Positions 1 through 11,558 of a stretch of DNA of 48,133 bases are shown here, in pieces (within the stretch, counting starts at the first letter, position 1; each line of letters opens with the position of its first letter). The DNA is from Octopus sinensis (Eukaryota), in assembly GCF_006345805.1 (NCBI RefSeq), contig NW_021834649.1:1-48133 (forward strand). The letters run 5' to 3'. Under the pieces are notes generated by a model that was not told the origin of the DNA, ran no database searches, and saw nothing but the letters and a program-made list of their open reading frames with translations. The translations under genes were made by a program, and so were the position numbers.

Positions 1-73
1 TGATGGGCTTCTTTCAGTTTCCATCGACACAGATATACGATGGGTTTCTTTCAGTTTCCATCGACACAGATAT

Positions 74-240
74 ACGATGGGTTTCTTTCAGGTTCCATCG
101 ACCAAATCCACTCACAAGGCTTTGGTCAGCCCGAGGCTATAGTAGAAGATACTTGCCCAAGGTGCCATGCAATGGGACTGAACCAGGAACCATGTGGTTT
201 GTAAGCAAGCTACTTACCACACAGCCACTCCTGCGCCTAT
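74..240 (-). mobile_element. tRNA-derived SINE family A, head module
   Basis: Reverse complement of the head seen at 1362-1530: A-box-like TGGCTGTGTGGT, B-box-like GGTTCAGTCCC, then GGCACCTTGGGCAAGT. Preceded by a 37-nt tandem triplication at 1-100. Confidence 0.85.
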
Positions 241-803
241 GTTCATTTCATTGCAAAATCGCTTTGTTATTATTATTATTTTTTTCTTTGTTTGCTGGCT
301 TTTTCTGTCTGTTTAGAAACAAAAAAAGTAAATTACTGTTTTTTTTGGGGGGGGGGGGGACACCCTTAACAATGAGTCACCAACTCACTTGACTGCAAAG
401 CGGTAACATAATCTGTTGTCTATTTTTAGTATTGTATCTTCTTTTCCTTTTAGAGTTCTTCATTACCGCTTTAACAGTGAAGCCCGGGTAATATTACATT
501 TAAGCGGGGGAATGTGATTTGACGGGGTAACAAATAAACATAGTTCTCAGGGAGATTCATTGTGACATAGAATGACAGGACCGGCCCTTTGAGCTGCAGA
601 TGCAACTTACTTTTACCAGCTCAGCAGATTGGAGCAATGTGAAAATATAATGTCTTGCTGAAGGCCACAACGTGCTACTAGGAATTGAACTCACAGCCTT
701 ATGATATCGTGAACCAAATACCCTCACGATCATAACCATTAAACCACACAGCTTCACGGATCTAATAGAGGAGTTTAAAATATATAATAGAGAATCAATT
801 CTT

Positions 804-1277
804 AACCCTTTTGATACCAATCTGGTTGAAACCACCTCTGGCTCTGTAGTACAAATGTCTTGTTTTCATAAGTTCTGAATTATAATCTTCCCCTAAACCT
901 TAGCCACAATTTATGTTCCTAACACTAGCTTAATGATAACTAATTTATTTTACTAAATTCTTTGTTATATTGAAAATTAATTGAAAGAAACACAGAGCAT
1001 CTCAACAGAAATGGGGTAACAGAAGGGTTAAAATATATAATAGAGAATCAATTCTTAACCCTTTTGATACCAACCTGGCTGAAACCACTTCTGGCTCTGA
1101 GTACAAATGTCTTGTTTTCGTAAGTTTTGAATTAAAATTTTCCACCAAGCCTTAGTCACAATTTATGTTCCTAACACTAGCTGAATGATAACAAAGTTAT
1201 TTTACTAAATTCTTTGTTGTATTTAAAATTAATTGAAAGAAACACAGAGCATCTCAACAGAAATATGGTAACAGCTA
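804..1277. mobile_element. TTAA-flanked MITE (piggyBac-like), tandemly duplicated
   Basis: TTAA(804-807)|CCCTTTTGATACC...GGTAACAGAAGGG|TTAA(1028-1031). A second copy starts at 1055-1059 with the same ~25 bp of left flank; its right end is degenerate. Confidence 0.7.
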
Positions 1278-1361
1278 AGTTACAGTGACATAAACACACC
1301 AGCATTGGTTGTCAAGCAGTAATGGGTACACCTGGACATATATGCATAAAACCTCCACATA

Positions 1362-1757
1362 TAGGCGTAGGAGTGGTTGTGTGGTAAGTAGCTTGCTTAC
1401 CAGCCACATGGTTCCGGGTTCAGTCCCACTGCGTGGCACCTTGGGCAAGTGTCTCCTGCTATTGCCTCGGGCCGACCAAAGCCTTGTGAGTGGATTTGGT
1501 AGACGGAAACTGAAAGAAGCTCGTCGTATATATGTATATATATGTGTGTGTGTGTATGCTTGTGTGTCTGTGTTTGTCCCCCTAGCATTGCTTGACAACC
1601 GATGCTGGTGTGTTTACGTCCCCGTTACTTAGCGGTTCGGCAAAAGAGACCGATAGAATAAGTACTGGGCTTACAAAAGAATAAGTCCCGGGGTCGAGCT
1701 GTCGATTAAAGGCGGTGCTCCAGCATGGCCGCAGTCAAATGACTGAAACAAGTAAAA
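1362..1757 (+). mobile_element. SINE family A, full length (tRNA head + internal (TA/TG)n + tail)
   Basis: Pol III A/B-box-like head, internal microsatellite at ~1527-1570, tail ending CAGTCAAATGACTGAAACAAGTAAAAGA. The same layout recurs at 4860, 21136, 22075(-), 32414 and 37140(-). Confidence 0.9.
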
Positions 1758-1804
1758 GAAAGAAAAGAAAAAGAAAAAGAAAGAAGAATATACACCTATA
1801 CACA

Positions 1805-2530
1805 CAGAGTGGACAAACAAGGACATACAAAGGGATTAAGTCGATTATATCGACCCCAGTGCGTTACTGGTACTTATTTAATCGACCCCGAAAGGATGAA
1901 AGGCAAAGTCGACCTGGGCGGAATTTGAACTCAGAACGTAACGGCAGACGAAATACGGCTAAGCATTTCGCCCGGCGTGCTAACGTTTCTTATTTCTTTA
2001 TTGCCCACAAGGAAGTAAACATAGAGGGGACAAACAAGGGATTATGTCGATTATATCGACCCTAGTGCGTAACTGGTACTTAATTTATCGGCGAGCTGGC
2101 AGAACCGTTAGCACGCCGGGCGAAACGCTTAGCGGTATTTCGTCTGCGTTACGTTCTGAGTTCGAATTCCGCCGAGGTCGACTTTACCTTTCATCCTTTC
2201 GGGGTCAATTAAATAAGTACCAGTTACGAACTGAGGTCAATGTAATCGACTCAATCCGTATGTCTGTCCTTGTTTGTCCCCTCTGTGTTTAGCCCCTTGT
2301 GGGTAATAAAGAAATAGGTATTTGGTCAGTCGCTACGTTCTGAGTTCAATTTCCACCGAGGTCGACTTTGCCTTTCATCCTTTCGGGCTCGATAAATTAA
2401 GTACCAGTTACGCACTGGGGTCGATGTAATCCGCCGACCTCAGCGGAATTTGAACTCAGAACGTAAAGACACAAAATGCCGATAATCATTCCACCCGGGG
2501 TGCTAACCCTTCTGCCAGCTCGCCGCCTTG
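1805..2530. mobile_element. SINE family B copies in opposite orientations
   Basis: Minus copies at ~1805-2090 and ~2433-2530, plus copies at ~2089-2430. Shared core GTCGACTTTGCCTTTCATCCTTTCGGGGTCGATAAATTAAGTACCAG; head GGCGAGCTGGCAGAACCGTTAGC with B box GAGTTCAAATTCC. Confidence 0.9.
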
Positions 2531-2699
2531 CCGAAAGAAATATCAACATTCTCATCTGAAGCATGTGCTTTCTATGTCAAAAGCGTTAATAATAAATATA
2601 TTGGAATTTAAACAGTTACAGAAATCAGGGCAAATCTACACAAATGAACCCCATGATTTTATTTCGTCTTAACTCCCAGAAAAAAAGGGAATTTTTTTT

Positions 2700-3033
2700 T
2701 TCTATTAAAATTTTCTACATATACGTTTCATATGGTGCAAAGCCCAATTATATTCGAATTTGTGAATTTTTTTTTCCAAGAGGAAAGAGAGAAATTTCGG
2801 AAAATCCAGACGAGTTAGCTTTGCTACCTGATAACTTTCATAAAAATGGGTATTTTTATGATGAAATTTTCTACAAATACCTTTCAGACTGCGTAAATAA
2901 CGATTATATCGGAATTTAATATGAAAAAACCCCAGAAAAACTGGTGGATCCGTACACATACAAACTGATACATCTATGTATCTAGAAAACGAAACTTGAA
3001 ATTTCGAAAAAGAATTGCTAGAATGTATATATG

Positions 3034-3068
<35 letters not shown>

Positions 3069-3545
3069 ATGTGCTCAACAATTTTATTTTTCATATTAAA
3101 TTCTAATATAATCGTAATCTACATCATGTAAGAGGTATTTGTAAGAAGTTTCATTAAAGAAATATCTATTTTTCTGTAAGTTATCAGGAAACAAAGCCAA
3201 ATCGTGTAACTCTACCGAATTTGCGGAAACTCCTCTCCAAACCCTTGGAACAAAAAAAGAAAAAGGAATGTTTTTCACAACAAATTCCGATCTAATCGGG
3301 ATCTACATCACCTGGAGCGTATCTGTAGAAAATTTCATATAAAAATATCAATTTTTCTTAAAGTTATCAGGAAACAAAGCCAAATCGTGTAACTCTACCG
3401 AATTTGCGGAAACTCCTCTCCAAACCCTTGGAAAAAAAAAATAAAAAAAGAATGTTTTTCACAACAAATTTCGATGTAATCGGGATTTACATCACCTGGA
3501 GCGTATCTGTAGAAAATTTCATTTAAAAATATCAATTTTTCTGAA
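2700..3545. repeat. Foldback structure of ~180-bp degenerate units around a (TA/TG)n spacer
   Basis: Plus arm ~2700-2935 (e.g. CTGATAACTTTCATAAAAATGGGTATTTTTATGATGAAATTTTCTACA) matches the reverse complement of 2.5 tandem units at ~3095-3545 (e.g. CTGATAACTTTAAGAAAAATTGATATTTTTATATGAAATTTTCTACA). Confidence 0.75.
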
Positions 3546-3669
3546 AGTTGTGAGTAAACAAAAGCGAAGGGGGGCAGTCGTGTAGGTAAGCTGAAATGAA
3601 ATGTCAGCCTCCCTGGATGATGAAACTACTATTTCGTAACGCCACATACACACATACATGTGTATATAT

Positions 3670-3735
<66 letters not shown>

Positions 3736-3902
3736 CACACACACATATATGAACACACAATTTAAGGGATGCTAGCATCCTAAATTGATATCTGCATGGC
3801 AATTTCTCCATTTTCTTCTTCTCATTCATATATATATACAAAAAGGGGGCAATCAGAATTTTGGATAATTCTTCATTCGTGTTTTCGTCCGTCCAACTAA
3901 AT

Positions 3903-3903
3903 A

Positions 3904-3951
<48 letters not shown>

Positions 3952-4024
3952 GTCTATCTGTCTTTCTATCTGTCTATCTATCTATCTATCTGTCTATCTG
4001 TCTTTCTATCTATCTATCTGTCTT

Positions 4025-4106
<82 letters not shown>

Positions 4107-4119
4107 CAGCCATCTACCA

Positions 4120-4208
<89 letters not shown>

Positions 4209-4322
4209 CCAATCTATCTATCTATATATTTATCTATCTATCTATCCATCCTTCTATCTATCCATTTGTCTATCCATCCATCCATCCATCCATCTATCTA
4301 TCTATCTATCCATCCATCCAAC

Positions 4323-4350
<28 letters not shown>
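3903..4350. repeat. (TATC)n/(CATC)n/(CA)n compound microsatellite
   Basis: Visible directly; it explains the IYLS-repeat ORF 3861-4451. Confidence 0.97.
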
Positions 4351-4353
<3 letters not shown>

Positions 4354-4859
4354 ATCTCCTGACTTTTAGAATACCAGTCTTTCGAATCCCACACCTCATA
4401 GATAATCGAAAAAGCTACGAAAACGGAGATCAAAGAGGGACAAAGGTATAAAATCGATAATTAAAACTTAATTTAAATAATCGCAATTTAACCAAAGGAT
4501 AAAATAACCATTTAAAAACTACTCATTTCTCTTCCCGCGAAATATGGGACTTCGAAGGAGTCAACCACTCATCTCCCTATTACCGCAACATCAACAATGT
4601 TTCTGTCCCTTTTATTGTCCCTTTTTCTCGAGTCTGGTACCTATTCTATTGACCTAATATTGCCGAACCGCTAATACACAGAAACGTAAACAAACCAATA
4701 CCGGTTGTCAAGCGGTGGTGGTAGTGGTACGGATAATTACACACACACACACATATATTAATGTTTGTTTAAAGGTCCAATTATAAGGAAAACGATGACT
4801 TAGCTGGCCGAGACTTCGAAGTTACTATCAACAACATTTTTGTTTAAGAATAATATATA

Positions 4860-5243
4860 TAGGCGCAGTTTACCAACCACATGGTTCCAGGTTCAGTCCC
4901 ACTGCGTGGCACCTTGGGCAAGTATCTTCTACTATAGCCCCGGGCTGACCAAAGCCTTGTGAGTGGATTTGGTAGACGGAAACTGAAAGAAGCCCGTCGT
5001 ATATATGTATTTATATATATATATATATGCGTGGGTGTGTTTGTGTGTCTGTGTTTGTCCCCGTAGCATTGCTTGACAACCGATGCTGGTGTGTTTACGT
5101 CCCCGTCACTTAGCGGTTCGGCAAAAAGAGACCGATAGAATAAGTACTGGGCTTACAAAAGAATAAGTCCCGTGGTCGAGTTGCTCGACTTAAAGGCGGT
5201 GCTCCAGCATGGCCACAGTCAAATGACTGAAACAAGTAAAAGA
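4860..5243 (+). mobile_element. SINE family A, near full length
   Basis: Same head, (TA)n and tail as 1362-1757, with a small deletion in the head. Confidence 0.88.
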
Positions 5244-5569
5244 GTATATATATATGCTTGTTGTTCCCTCACCTGCGTGTGTATGTGTGTGTGTGTGTGT
5301 GTGGGGGGGGTGTACAGGAAGGGCTTCATGCAGTTTCCCTCTACGAAATCCTCTCGCCTGCCCACGGTGCCATCACTCAGTTGAGACCGAACTCAATCTT
5401 CTCACATACGCCGGGCTTCTTTCCAGTTTCCGCCTATCAAATCCACTCACAAGGCTTTGGTCGGCCCCCAAAGGCATCGCCAAGCAGTGAGATCGAACTC
5501 GTAACCATGTGACTGAAAAGCAAACATCTTCTCAGCGACGCCCGGACGCAATCATAGTCAAAACATATA

Positions 5570-6104
5570 TATTTCTTTACTGCCCACAAGGGGCCAAACA
5601 CAGAGGGGACAAACAAGGACAGACAAAGGGGTTAAGTCGATTACATCGACCCCAGTACGAAACTGGTACTTATTTAATCGACCCCGAAAGGATGAAAGGC
5701 AAAGTCGACCTCGGCGAAATTTGAACTCAGAACGTAGCGGCAGACGAAATACCTATTTCTTTACTACCCACAAGGGGCTAAACACAGAGGGGACAAACAA
5801 GGACAGTCAAAGGGATTAAGTCGATTATATCGACCCCAGTGCGTAACTGGTACTTAATTTATCGACCCCGAAAGGATGAAAGGCAAAGTCGACCTCGACG
5901 GAATTTGCATAGTCAGGACATATATTTAAAGAAAAAGGGTTCCTTACCTATTTCTTTACTACCCACAAGGGGCTAAACATAGAGGGGACAAACAAGGACA
6001 GACAAAGGGGTTAAGTCTTTTACATCGATCCCCAGTACGAAACTGGTACTTTATTCATCGACCCCGAAAGGATGAAAGGCAAAGTCGACCTCGGCGGAAT
6101 TTGC
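5570..6104 (-). mobile_element. Tandem array (~3 units) of head-truncated SINE family B
   Basis: Repeated CCCACAAGGGG...CGAAAGGATGAAAGGCAAAGTCGACCTC units running up to the Rho exon donor region. Confidence 0.9.
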
Positions 6105-6144
6105 AATAGTCAGGACATATATTCAAAGAAAAAGGGTTCCTTAC

Positions 6145-6283
6145 CGTTAAAACTATCGTAAAATGTTGGTACATAATCCGCACTGTATCCTTTCGTTGTA
6201 TAATTAAGGAGCATCGAAGTCTTTCCTACGGCTCCATCGCCGACTACCACGCACCTGATGGTGCGTGGATTCGAACCCACCAT
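6145..6283 (-). CDS. First coding exon of a Rho-family small GTPase (RhoU/RhoV- or Cdc42/RhoQ-related); downstream exons not found in window
   Basis: [46 protein letters not shown] contains the P-loop GDGAVGKT and switch I YVPT. ATG context GAGATGG; phase-1 donor AACG|GTAAGG at 6144. A strong acceptor (CTGAC branch, long pyrimidine tract, CACAG) at 6463-6464 defines a 318-nt exon, 6145-6462. Confidence 0.9.
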
Positions 6284-6498
6284 CTCGTAACGCCAGGTAT
6301 CGAGGGTAAAATGAACGAGACACGGTTCACGTTGTATCCGTCTGGGTATGAATGGATGAATGAATGAATGAGGAGATGGCTGGTTGGCTGGTTGGGCGGG
6401 TGGGTGGCTGGTTGGTTGGTTGGTTGGTGATAGCGTCGTTAAGCGAATGAGGTTGGGTTTAGCTGTGGCGAAAGGAGGAAGGGGGAGAATAAGAGTGT

Positions 6499-6499
<1 letters not shown>

Positions 6500-6530
<31 letters not shown>

Positions 6531-7268
6531 ATGGGTGAGAGGGGAAAGGAGTGTGAGAGAGAAATAAAGAGTGTGTGAGAGGGAAAAGGAGTGTGAGAGA
6601 GAGTGAGGCAAAATAGAAAGTGTGTGAGAGGGCGAGAGAGTGTGAAGGAGAAATAAAGAGTGTGTGAGAGGGAAAAGGAGTGTGAGAGAGATATAAAGAG
6701 TGTGTGAGAGGGACAGAGAGTGTGAGGGAGAGATAAAGAGTGTGTGAGAGGGAAAAGGAGTGTGAGAGAGAGTGAGGCAAAATAGAAAGTGTGTGAGAGG
6801 GTAAGAGGGTGTGAAGGAGAAATAAAGAGTGTGTGAGAGGGAAAAGGAGTGTGAGAGAGATATAAAGAGTGTGAGAGAGGGACAGAGAGTGTGAGGGAGA
6901 GATAAAGAGTGTGTGAGAGGGTAAAGGAGTGTGAGAGAGAGTGAGGCAAAATAGAAAGTGTGTGAGAGGGCGAGAGAGTGTGAAGGAGAAATATAGAGTG
7001 TGTGAAAGTAAGAGAGTGAGGGAGAAATAGAAATAGAAAGGGTGTGAGACGGACAGAGAGTGTGAGGGAGATATGAAAAGTGTAGGAGACGGAGAGAGAG
7101 AGAGAGTGAGGCAAAATAGAAAGTGTGTGAGAGGGCGAGAGGGTGTGAAGGAGAAGTAAAGTGTGTGTTAGAGGGAAAAGGAGTGTGAGAGAGAAATAGA
7201 AAGTGTGTGAGGGGAGAGAAAGTGAGGAAGTTAGTAGGAAGGAGGAGAGAGTGAAAGAGTCGGAGCGG

Positions 7269-7299
<31 letters not shown>

Positions 7300-8110
7300 G
7301 TTGTATGAAAGTGTGACGGAGGGGATTTAGGAAGTGTGAGAGAGGGAGTATGTGAAGAAGGAGAGTGAGGAAGGATAGGTGCGAGAAGGATAGACACATG
7401 TGTGAGAGAAAGAAAGGGAGTGTGAAAGAGAAAGGGGGAAATGTGTGTTTGATAGAGACGGAGTGATTGTGGGAGAGAGAGAGAGAGAAAGACAGAGTGT
7501 GTAGGAAGGAGAGAGAGTGTGAAGAAGAGAGAAAGAGAGAGTGAATGTGACATACAGAAGAAATATGAGGGAGTGGGAGAGTGTCCAAAGAGAGAGAGAG
7601 AGAGAGAGGGACAGGAAGAAAGGTTGGGAGCGTAGCTTTAAGTGAGAATGACGTAAGAGAAGGAGGAAGTGAGTAAGACTAGCGAGAGAGAGAGAGAGAG
7701 AGAGAGAGTACATGTGACGTTGTAGATAAGGAGATAAATATAAGGATGAGGAAAAGAGGGTAAGAAATGGACGAAAACGAAAGTAGACGTAGAAAGCGCG
7801 AGCGAGCGAGAGAGAGAGAGAGAGAGAAAGAAACGGGAAGGGAGAGAGAAAGAGAGAAACGGGGGAAAGAGAGAGAGAAACGGGGCGGAGAGAGAGAGAG
7901 AGGAGAGAGAAACGGGGAAAAAGAGAGAGAAGCGGGGACGGAGAGAGAGAGAAACGGGGAGAAAGAGAGAAAGAGAGAAACGGGGACGGAGAGAGAGAGA
8001 AACGGGGAGGGAGAGAGAAAGAGAGAAACGGGGAGGGAGAGACAAAGAGAGAGGGGGAGAGAAACGAAGAGGGGGTGAAAAAATAATAAATTAAGAAAGA
8101 GAGAGAGAGG
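6500..8110. repeat. GA/GT-rich minisatellite and (GA)n tracts
   Basis: Recurrent GTGTGTGAGAGGG, GAGTGAGGCAAAATAGAAA and GAGAGAAACGGGG units; source of the L/S/H-rich minus-strand ORFs. Confidence 0.9.
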
Positions 8111-8157
8111 AAAATCACGTGCACACACACACACACATACATACATATACATATATA

Positions 8158-8321
8158 CGACGGGCTTCTTTAAGTTTCCGTCTACCAAATCCACTCACAA
8201 GGCATTGGTCGGCCCGAGTCTATAGTAGAAGACACTTGCCCAAGATGCCACGCAGTGGGACTGAACCCGGGACCATGTGGTTGGTTAGCAAGCTACTTAC
8301 CACACAGCCACTCCTGCGCCT
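8158..8321 (-). mobile_element. SINE family A head
   Basis: CGACGGGCTTCTTT...CAGCCACTCCTGCGCCT is the reverse complement of the head module. Confidence 0.88.
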
Positions 8322-8589
8322 ATATATACACACACATGCCGCCTACCCAGAAGTAGTATCGGTAGATCGAACACACAGACACAGACAGAGCGAGGTCGAT
8401 GCTATGTAGACAGAACGAACACACAGACACAGAGATGTCATCCTTATAGCATAGATACGAAGGCTTTGATCAAATCAACGGGACGAACACACAGACACAG
8501 ACGTGGAGTACAGATACATGCACACACGCAATCACACACACGCATTATTTTCTACTCTAGGCACAAGGCCCGAAATTTTGGGGGAAGGG

Positions 8590-9475
8590 GCCGGTCGATT
8601 ATATCGACCTCAGTGCATAACTGGTACTTAATTAATCGACCCCGAAAGGATGAAAGGCAAAGTCGACCTCGGTGGAATTTGAACTCAAAACGTAAAGACA
8701 GACAAAATACCTATTTCTTTACTGCCCACAAGGGGCTAAACACAGAGGGGACAAACAAGGACAGACAAAGGGATTAAGTCGAATATATCGACTCCAGTGC
8801 GTAACTGGTACTTATTTAATCGACACCGAAATGATAAAAGGCAAAGTCGACCTGGGCGGAATTTGAACTCAAAACGTAAAGACAGACAAAATAACCTATT
8901 TCTTTACTACCCACAAGGGGCTACACACAGAGGGGACAGACAAAGGGATTAAGTCGATTATATCGACCCCAGTGCATAACTGGTAATTAATTTATCGACC
9001 CCGAAAGGATGAAAGGCAAAGTCGACCTCGGTGGAATTTGAACTCAAAACGTAAAGACAGACAAAATACCTATTTCTTTACTGCCCACAAGGGGCTAAAC
9101 ACAGAGGGGACAAACAAGGACAGACAAAGGGATTAAGTCGAATATATCGACTCCAGTGCGTAACTGGTACTTATTTAATCGACACCGAAATGATAAAAGG
9201 CAAAGTCGACCTGGGCGGAATTTGAACTCAAAACGTAAAGACAGACAAAATAACCTATTTCTTTACTACCCACAAGGGGCTACACACAGAGGGGACAGAC
9301 AAAGGGATTAAGTCGATTATATCGACCCCGGTGCATAACTGGTAATTAATTTATCGACCCCGAAAGGATGAAAGGCAAAGTCGACCTCGGCGGAATTTGA
9401 ACCCAGAACGTAGCGGCAGACGAAATACGGCCACGCATTTCGCCCGGCGTGCTAACGTTTCTGCCAGCTCGCCCG
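8590..9475 (-). mobile_element. Tandem array (~5 units) of SINE family B with a 359-bp higher-order duplication
   Basis: Sequence from 8641 is repeated apparently exactly from 9000. Only the last unit (9400-9475) keeps the tRNA-like head. Confidence 0.9.
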
Positions 9476-9674
9476 TCGAGGTTAGAGAGGCTACGCTATA
9501 AGAGGCAGGACATAGGTAGTGGTGGTGGGAGAGTGCAGAGACTAGTGAGTACATGGGTATATAGAGGGAGGGAGAGGGGAGATTGGAATGATAGAGAGAG
9601 GAGAGGAGGGAGGAACAGCTAACTGGACTGGTCTAAGGGAGATTACTCGACCTTGCAGACCAATAAGGTATGTT

Positions 9675-10147
9675 TTGTGCGTGTGTGCATGTGTGTGTGT
9701 CTGTGCTTGTATCTATGTGTGTGTGCCTGTTGTGTGTATATGTGTGTGTGTGTATATTTGTGTATGCAAGTATGTTTTATGTGTATGTGTGTGTATGTCT
9801 ATGCATGTATGTAGGTATGTGTATATATCAGTAAGAGCTTGTTGTGTGTGTATGTGGTGTGTGTGATGTGTGTGTGTATGTGGTGTGTGTATGTGTGTGA
9901 TAGTGTGGTGTGTGTGATAGTGTGATGTGTGAGTTTGATGTGTGTGTGTGTGGTGTCTGTGAGTGTGATGTGTATATGTGGTGTGTGTGTGTGTATGTGT
10001 GTGTATGTGGTGTGTGTGATGTGGTGTCTGTGAGTTTGATATGTGTGTGTGTGTGGTGTGTGTGTGTGTGTGTGAGTGTGATGTGTGTGTATGTGGTGTG
10101 TGTGTACGTGTGTGCGTTGTATCCGTTTATAAATCGTTATTTCTTTC

Positions 10148-10197
<50 letters not shown>

Positions 10198-10200
10198 TTC
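9675..10200. repeat. (TG)n-rich and (CT)n microsatellite block
   Basis: Visible directly. Confidence 0.95.
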
Positions 10201-10257
10201 TTCGTTTTTCATTTCGTCGTCACGTTCCCATTTTTGCGTTTGCCGTTGTCTGCTTCG

Positions 10258-10272
10258 GTTGCTAAGGTAAAC
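10258..10272 (+). promoter_or_regulatory. Possible RFX X-box-like motif overlapping a 5' splice donor
   Basis: GTTGCTAAGGTAAAC resembles the X-box GTTGCYATGGYAAC with an imperfect right half. It lies in a short unique, CpG-containing island between microsatellites, upstream of a motile-cilium gene. AG|GTAAAC donor at 10267. Confidence 0.35.
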
Positions 10273-10358
10273 AAAACATCGACAGTTACAACTTTCTCTG
10301 TCTGCCTCACATTATTTACAAAGGCTCTTTCTACAAGTTTGTGTATATATATATATAT

Positions 10359-10395
<37 letters not shown>

Positions 10396-10631
10396 GCCTG
10401 CTTCTCTCTTCTTAGTTTTGTTTTTTTTCATTTTTTTTTTAATCTTCTTTCTTTCTTTCTTTCTAAGCGAGGATTTAATTTTTTCCAAAAAAAAAAAAAA
10501 AAAAAAAAGAAAAAAAGAAAAAGAAAAGGGTACACCAAACCGAACATTTATTTAAATATATAAAAAAAAAAACCAGGACGATGAAAGGGGAAAAAAGGAG
10601 AAAAAAAACTTCTCCATAAATATCAATCAAG

Positions 10632-10680
<49 letters not shown>

Positions 10681-10849
10681 CAACAGCAACAACAGTCGCA
10701 GTAATAACGGAAAGAAAAACATCTTGCACAGGAACGAAGGACAGGGCATGGTCGGACTTTATATGCAGTGTTTTGGTGTCATACCTGTAAGCCGGTAACT
10801 ATACATCAATATATACATCAAGTCTGTAACGTTTGTACGCCTGTACGTA

Positions 10850-11522
10850 TAATTTATACATATATATATATACAAATATACAAATATATATATATATTAT
10901 ATATATATATATATATGTAAATACAAGCATCCATTCATCCATCCATACATATATACATACATACGTACATACATACGTACGTACGTACATACATACGTAA
11001 TACATACATACGTACATAGATACATACATACATACATACATACGTACATACATACATAACATACGTACATACATACATACATACATACATACATACATAC
11101 ATACGTACATACATACATACGTACATACATACATACGTACGTACATACATACATACCACGTATATACATACATACGTACGTACATACGTATGTACGTACA
11201 TACATACATACGTACATAGATACGTACATACATACATACATACATACATACGTACATACATACGTACATACATACACACATACATACACACATACATACA
11301 CATACATACATACACACACATAGACACACACATACATACATACATACATACATACATACATACATACATACATACATACGTACATACATACATACGTACA
11401 TACACACACATACATACATACATACACATGTATATACATACATACGTACGTACATACATACAAATATCTATACACACACAAACACTTCCAAATACCATAT
11501 ATGAATAGGATATAAATACAAA

Positions 11523-11558
<36 letters not shown>

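Noticed and set aside
1362-1450. tRNA-like sequences at SINE heads (families A and B)
   Set aside because: They have A/B boxes but no complete cloverleaf, are multicopy, and are fused to SINE bodies.
3631-3645. TCGTAACGCCA shared with the Rho start region (WRYE peptide on both)
   Set aside because: An 11-bp match with no flanking homology; compatible with chance.
4352-4414. Candidate 63-nt Rho exon 2 (good acceptor; [21 protein letters not shown])
   Set aside because: Only a superficial WD...QE resemblance. Spacing and the DTAGQ motif do not fit, and the donor is just the start of a (GT)n tract.
3861-4451. 196-aa ORF and similar IYLS/YVCM/CV/HT ORFs (10799-11603, 31012-31325, 43321-45853)
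   Set aside because: These are translations of (TATC)n, (TATG)n and (CA)n microsatellites, which lack stop codons.
6463-7588. Long in-frame N-terminal extension of the Rho ORF (492 aa total)
   Set aside because: CT-rich minisatellite open in all three minus frames and separated from the exon by a strong splice acceptor at 6463.
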